In this document: one piece after another, positions 36,575-42,241 of the stretch
How positions within the stretch are numbered: position 1 is the first letter of the stretch
How the letters are laid out: each line of letters opens with the position of its first letter
Source of the DNA: Folioceros fuciformis
Taxonomy: Eukaryota
Assembly: GCA_049999805.1 (NCBI GenBank)
Contig: JBNGIO010006002.1
Coordinates: forward strand, 150,882 to 193,122
Length of the DNA: 42,241 bases
Direction: 5' to 3'
Program-made: the position numbers and the translations under genes
Notes under the pieces: model-generated
The model's input: only the letters and a program-made list of their open reading frames with translations
What the model was told of the DNA's origin: nothing
Database searches by the model: none

Positions 36575-39146
36575 TGTCTGGTGTACCCTGCAATGAGGGC
36601 ACTCCAGGCGATAACATCCTTCTCCACAATGATATCAAACATCTGTTGTGCATCAATCAAGCTCTCGGCCTTTCTATACATGTTTAATCAAACTGCCAGC
36701 TACAAACGCCTCAGCGTCAACCCCTTGTTCTCGAATCTGCGCATGTAGCTGCCTTCCCACATGCAAGGCTGCAAGATTTGCGCACGCCTGCAGCAGGCAC
36801 ACAATGTCACAGAATCTGGCAATGCCTTCTTCTAGCATCGCCCTATACAGACCAAGGGCTTCTCGTCCCATACCCTTCTTGGAATAAGCTGCTATCATGG
36901 CATTCCACATCTCCACATCTTTTTGATCGAGTCCATCAAGCAGTGTCTGCGCATCGTCTAGGCCGCTTTGTTTTGCATACATGCTCACTAAACTGTTGTT
37001 TGCAAACACATCAGCTTGGCACCCTCGCTTTCTAATTTGCTCGTGCAGATGCTTCCCCTTCTCCATTGCTGCAGTCTCAGAACTTGCAGATGCCTGCAGG
37101 AGACAGACGAATGTCACCGAATCTGGCACTACAATCCCCCCTTCTTCCATAACAGTGTACAAATAAATGATGGGCTTCCTGGCCCATTCCCTGCTCAGAA
37201 TACCTGTTATCATGGCATTCCACATTACCACATCTTTCTGTCTGAGCCCGTCAAATACTCTCCGGTCGTGTTACAAGCTGCCACACTTTGCAGTCCCCTT
37301 TCTCGGATCTCTGCATGAAGTTTCTTCCCCATCTCTACAGCCAGGGTGCCCACACTTGCGCATGCCAGCAGAAGGCATGCAAAAGTCACAGAATTTGGTG
37401 CAGCCCTTCCATCTTCTTGCATAGCACTGTACAGACGAAGTGCTTCCTGGTCCATGCCCTTCTGCGAATACCCTGCATTCATCGCATTCCATGTCACCAC
37501 ATCCTTTTGGACGAGTCTGTCAAACACTCCGCGGACATCTTCTGGGCTGCCACATTTTGCATGAACGTTCACCAAACTGTTGGCTAGGATAACATCAGCC
37601 GGATGCCCTCGTTCTGTAATATGACCATGAAGCTCCTTCCCCTTCTCCAAAGCTGAGGCCGCCACACCCGCACATGTCTGAAGTAGGGACACAAATTTCG
37701 CAGTATCGGGTAAAGCCATCCCTTCTTCTTGCATTGCAGTAGTGTACAGTTGAAGAGCGTCCTGGACCATGCCCTGCCGACACAACATCTTTTTGACTGA
37801 GTCCGTCGAGGACACTGAGACCACCTTCCAAGCTGCCGCACTTTGCATACATGTTCACCAAACTGTTCGCTATGAAGACATCAGCATGATGTCATTGTTC
37901 TGTAATCTGTACATGAAGAAGCTTCCCCTTCTCCAAAGCTAGCGTGCCAGCACTTGCACATGCCTGCGGGACGCACAAAAAAGTGAAAGTATCTGCTACA
38001 GCCAGGCCACCTCCTTGCATATCACTGTACGGAAGAAATGCTTCCATGCCCATGCCTTGCTGGGAATACCCTGCTATCATGGCATTCCATGTCACCACGT
38101 CTTTTTGAACGAGTCAGTCAAACACTTTCTTAGCATCTTGTATGCTGCCACTCTTTGAGTACATGCTTACCAAACTGTTGGCTACAAAACCATCAGTTTG
38201 GTGCCCTTGTTCTCTAATCTGCACGTGAAGCTGCCTCCCCTTCTCCAAAGCACAGGTGCCCATGCTTGCACATGCCTGCAAGAGGCATACAAAAGTAACG
38301 GAATTCCTAGTACGGTACAATCCTGCCTTCTTGCGTAACATTGTAGAGGCGAAGCGCCTCCTGGCCCATGCACTGCTGAGGATACCCTGCAATCAGAGCA
38401 TTCCACGTCACCACATCTGGTCAATCAAGTTCGTCAAACACTCTCTGAGCCTCTTCCAAGCTGCCACACTTCTCATACATGTCCACCAAGCAGTTACAGA
38501 CAAACAAATCAGGTTCAATGCCACTCGCCAATACATCAGCATGCACCTACTGTTCAATTTTCAAGTCCGAGGCCCTCGCACAAGCCTGAAGGGGGGCCAC
38601 AAACACATGCCCATCTCCCTTCACTCTTGACTTGCGCAACCGATGATATAGTTCTATGGCCTGCGTGTGCTCCCCGTGTTCAACATGCACAGAAATTATA
38701 GAGGACTTCATGAAGACATCCGGTTGGGCAACCATGGTGAACAAAGCCATCGCGTCTTGCAACCTGCCATGACAAGCGTACATTCGCAGGACGTGATTAC
38801 CCAGGAACTAATCCGACTCAAACCCCATTTTTTGTGTGAGAGCTTGAACGCGGCGACCCAGGACAAGATCCTTCCCCAGGAGACAGTTCTTCAGGACTTT
38901 GTGAAACAGAGATGAGGAAATACATCTGTTTGTTTGCACCAAAAGTCCCAAAGCCTCAACGGCCTCAGTGAGACGGCTTTGATGACATAGTTTGGTTACA
39001 ATTTCCGCTATCATCAGCCTCTGGTGTTCCCTCTCTCCAACAAAAGTGTGAAGCCCAACAACTGGCACTTGTTCACTTGGAGCTGGACTCCATTCCCTAG
39101 CTGGATGTGTAAGACATCCGCCACCTTGATTCATGCTAACATACAT
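36575..39146 (-). pseudogene. PLS-class pentatricopeptide-repeat (RNA-editing factor type) pseudogene, truncated before any E/DYW domain
   Basis: Repeated P-L-S motifs (DVVTWNAMIAGY, PDSVTFVCLLQACA, NSLVNMYAKCGSLE) spread across several frames. In-frame stops at 38808, 38547, 38421, 38114 and 37892, plus frameshifts. Similarity ends abruptly after ...DVIAWSALIAGYTRH near 36575. Confidence 0.85.
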
Positions 39147-39680
39147 AGCTCCAAAATGCTTCGTCCAAACTGTTGTCAGTCAAGACTTAAGTGGGATAGG
39201 ATGAATGGCCACGGGAATCACTGCAGATATGGTAAGTGAACACGGAAGTCCATAGACAGGCATATGCTACATATCGGCATACGGACATAGTAGGTCCGCC
39301 AAAGTTGGTCATCAAAGTAACTCCAGTCCTCGTCATTTCTACAGAACCCATGATCTCTAAACGGGTCGAAGGGCTTTTTTCTGTCGGTTAGGAAGCTAGA
39401 ATACCAATTGCAAACCCTTATCGATTGGCTCTTGAGGAATGTTGAGGAAGCGAATGTCCAGAGCGTGAGACAGCTTGTTGGGCGCTTGGTGCTGCCGCCT
39501 AGCATCGCAATAATCCCGGTTGTGGGTGACTTCATGCCGGGTTTCCATCCACCTTTGCTGGCTGCAGGGCAGCATGCCTATTGAATTTGCTGCAGATTGT
39601 CGAGTGATTTGTTGTTTGCGGCCGGGCTGCGGGGAGGGATCGACGTTTTGTGTTGCGGCTCTTTTGTTGGGTTCGCAAAG

Positions 39681-41100
39681 ATGTCAGGCAGGGAGGTGCG
39701 GGAGTACACCAATCTGAGTGACCCCAAAGGTATGCACCCTTTCCTATGCGGAGAAGGGGGTTTTTCTGCTGCTGCTGCTCGCTGTCTGCTTGTGTCAGAG
39801 TTTGTTCTTGGTGCATACTGGTGGAGCTCTATTACAGGAGCTCTGCATGTTAGGTCTCTGTGTAGGCTGTGGGATTTTTTTCTGTGGCGGTTGAGCTGCT
39901 CTCAAGACGCTCATGGACCGTGCTGTTCTAACAACCTCTTTAATGAACAAGATCACCCTGACAGACAAAAAATGGGGCCCCAAAGGTGGCCGAGCTGACA
40001 AGACTGATGACGAGGACCTTGCCTTCAAGCGGATGGTGGCTAAGGTTAGTGAACCGGGTCTATCAGATTGTGCTACTTTTTTGTACTTTACACATGCTTA
40101 TGGCTCCTCGTGTAGCTTGTGCCAGCAAGGGAAGGCAGGTAGCATGCATGTTGGTCTCGCATTTTCTGAGAACGTGCCCTGACAGGGAATTTGGCGTTTC
40201 ACCTGGCGGATGATGGTGGTGAGAACAGATGCAGGAAGTAGCTGGAGAGAGAGGGGGCTACTTGCATGGGCGCGGTGGTATATTTTTTGAACTTCCTTAT
40301 CCGATCCTTTATCTCCATATCGAATTCATTTCGTGACTCTTACTGGTAAAGAAGGCTGATTGTTACATTCGGTTGGGGTACCTTTAGCTCTGGACAGTGA
40401 TGATCTACTGTATCTGAAGGAGCAAATGGAGGCAGAAGAAGATGCAGAGCGACTGAGACGTCGGGCAGAAAAGCGAGCCTTCGCTGCTTTCAAGATATCC
40501 TTCTTGCTTGTCCCTTTCGGTGCTTGTGCTTTTGTCACGCGTCTCGTACATGGCCTCCACTTCACCCTTGACTTCGTTCTCGCACAAGGCTGCCAGCTTG
40601 GCTGATTCTGTTCCAACAACAACTGTGGCACCAGTCAGAGTGGAGCCTAAGCCACGAAGTGGCATAAGGTAAGGGTCGACATGGCTCATGGAAAAGCTGG
40701 TGTGCTTACTCTGGACTCACAACTTGCCTGCAAGAGCCTTCCATATCTCACATTTCTTGACCATGTACACAGACAGCATACTCTCCTGAAGAACATTGTG
40801 GAGGTGAAGCCTAAGAGGTTGCGTGTCATCACTCCATCAAATGTATCACGTGGTGACACGAGAGAAGGTTCCAGCAACCCTACTGGTGAAGGGCAGGCGG
40901 TTGTATCTACCCAACATCGAGTTGAACAGGAAAGGCCATCTGTGCTTGCTTCCACTAGTCCAGTGGTTGTTGTAGGCAGACCCTCAGACGATGTGCAACC
41001 AGCCAAGGCCAGCTTGCTGGGTTTGGCTTACGAGAGCTCGAGTGACGATGATATTGACGAACGAGACGCCCCGAATGGCACACAACAGAAGGACGACTGA
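39681..41100 (+). CDS. Conserved uncharacterised plant protein (coiled coil, acidic C-terminus), 6 exons including a U12 AT-AC intron
   Basis: Exons 39681-39729, 39965-40044, 40229-40277, 40388-40494, 40586-40668 and 40773-41100 give MSGREVREYTNLSDPKDKKWG...MVAKMQEVAGERGGYLHGRGALDSDDLLYLKEQMEAEEDAERLRRRAEKRAFAAFKKAAS...QHTLLKNIVEVKPKR...LLGLAYESSSDDD. Confidence 0.85.
40495..40585 (+). other. U12-type (minor spliceosome) AT-AC intron
   Basis: 5' ATATCCTT, branch-site-like CCCTTGAC at 40565-40572, and 3' CAC. Removing it joins ...AAFK|KAAS... in frame. Confidence 0.9.
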
Positions 41101-41520
41101 TTGAAAAAGGGTGTAGAAGCTTCGGGCAATTGGCATTGTGGTTAGGCGATCGTGTCTTCCATTTGTGTTTTGGGTTGGTGGCTGGTACTTGCCAGGAAAC
41201 AAAACTCACCTCTTACATATTCCTATTCCATATTCTCTTGTCACAACGATTCTAACTTCTTCTTATTAGTTAACAGTAATAAAAAAGAATTACTTAACTT
41301 AAGTGGTAAAGATAAATGTAATATAAATTTAGCTTTGATAATACAGGATTCTGTTCAGAGAGAAGATAGTGTACTGTGTACAAAGCATTCTCTCTAAAAA
41401 GCGTGCATACCAGAAGAGGCCTGAGTTGCCTTAGACTTTAGGCCTAGCGTTATTGGTGTTGAGGAGAATTCATCAATTTCAAGTTTACAACTCAAAAATT
41501 CATCATATACTTTAGAGGAG

Positions 41521-41918
41521 AAAATTCATTATATGTTTTGTAAGATATCTCAACTCATGCTGGTGCCTCAGCTAGAGTTTTCAACCTTGAGCTATAATAC
41601 CTTGACAAGTAACACCACGAACCAAAGAGGTAGGGCAAAGAGAGAGAATTAGAAGCAACTCTTTGGGGGCAGAGAGAGAGAATTAGAAGCAACGCTTTGG
41701 GGGCAGAGAGAGAATTAACATAAATTCATATGTTTTGTAAGATATCTCAACTCATGCTAGTACCTCAACTCGAGTTTCCAACCTTGAGCTCTAATACGTT
41801 GACAAGTAATACCCCCAACCAAAGAGGTGGGGCATAGAGAGAATTAGAAGCAATTCTTTTGGGGTAGAGAGAGAATTAGAAGCAACTCTGTAGGGGCAGA
41901 GAAAAAATTAGAAGCAAT
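41521..41918. repeat. About 200-bp tandem duplication with nested roughly 30-bp gagagaattagaagcaac subrepeats
   Basis: tatgttttgtaagatatctcaactcatgct... occurs at about 41532 and 41728, each followed by 2-3 gagaattagaagcaa units. Confidence 0.88.
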
Positions 41919-42091
41919 GGTAGGACCAATTACCAAACACTAGCACTGGTAGGATTCGCAGTTTTGAATGCTCTTTACTACAATCTAAGGAGTCACAAGA
42001 ATATAATTTCCTCATCCTTGTCCAACCTCATAGATAAGATCTCTCCTCCTAACCTCCTCTAATAACCGAGCACACACCAAGCTCCTGCAAC

Positions 42092-42241
42092 TTAGCTAAA
42101 ACAAGTCTTTCTTAAACTTTATTAGCTAAAACAAGTCTTTCTTAAACTTTATTAGCTAAAACAAGTCTTTCTTAAACTTTATTAGCTAAAACAAGTCTTT
42201 CTTAAACTTTATTAGCTAAAACAAGTCTTTCTTAAACTTTA
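42092..42241. repeat. Perfect 30-bp tandem repeat running off the window end
   Basis: attagctaaaacaagtcttttcttaaacttt-type unit, five essentially identical copies with period 30. Confidence 0.97.

Noticed and set aside
36575-39146. Idea that the PPR stop codons are repaired by U-to-C RNA editing
   Set aside because: That editing is known from organellar transcripts, not nuclear mRNAs. Frameshifts and truncation are also present and could not be fixed this way.
40278-40387. Second possible U12 intron (GTATATTT donor)
   Set aside because: The donor deviates from the GTATCCTT consensus and no clear U12 branch site is present; treated as an ordinary GT-AG intron.

Overview
Eukaryotic, gene-dense nuclear DNA from a flagellated-sperm land plant. 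Introns of about 90-100 nt, ciliary genes, PLS-class PPR repeats and a System III heme lyase best fit a hornwort such as Anthoceros, with a lycophyte as the alternative; this is inference. There are about 14 genes, mostly in alternating head-to-head and tail-to-tail pairs. In order: a Pollen Ole e 1/proline-rich gene running off the left edge, two satellite arrays around an assembly gap, a TTLL tubulin polyglutamylase divergent from IFT172, a PV42-like CBS protein divergent from a holocytochrome c synthase (HCCS), a SEP-UBX (PUX/p47) gene divergent from a probable mitoribosomal mS26, HIR, a divergent WDR5-like gene, phosducin-like 3, a secreted single-DUF26 protein, a PLAC8/PCR gene, a decayed and truncated PLS-PPR pseudogene, and a conserved plant gene carrying an AT-AC (U12) intron. 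Tandem repeats close the window. The most notable points are HCCS in an embryophyte (probable replacement of the mitochondrial Ccm pathway), the divergent ciliary gene pair, the U12 intron, and stop codons only 22 nt apart between HIR and the WDR5-like gene. I found no convincing wholly new multi-gene system. Gene models were read by eye and no database searches were run.
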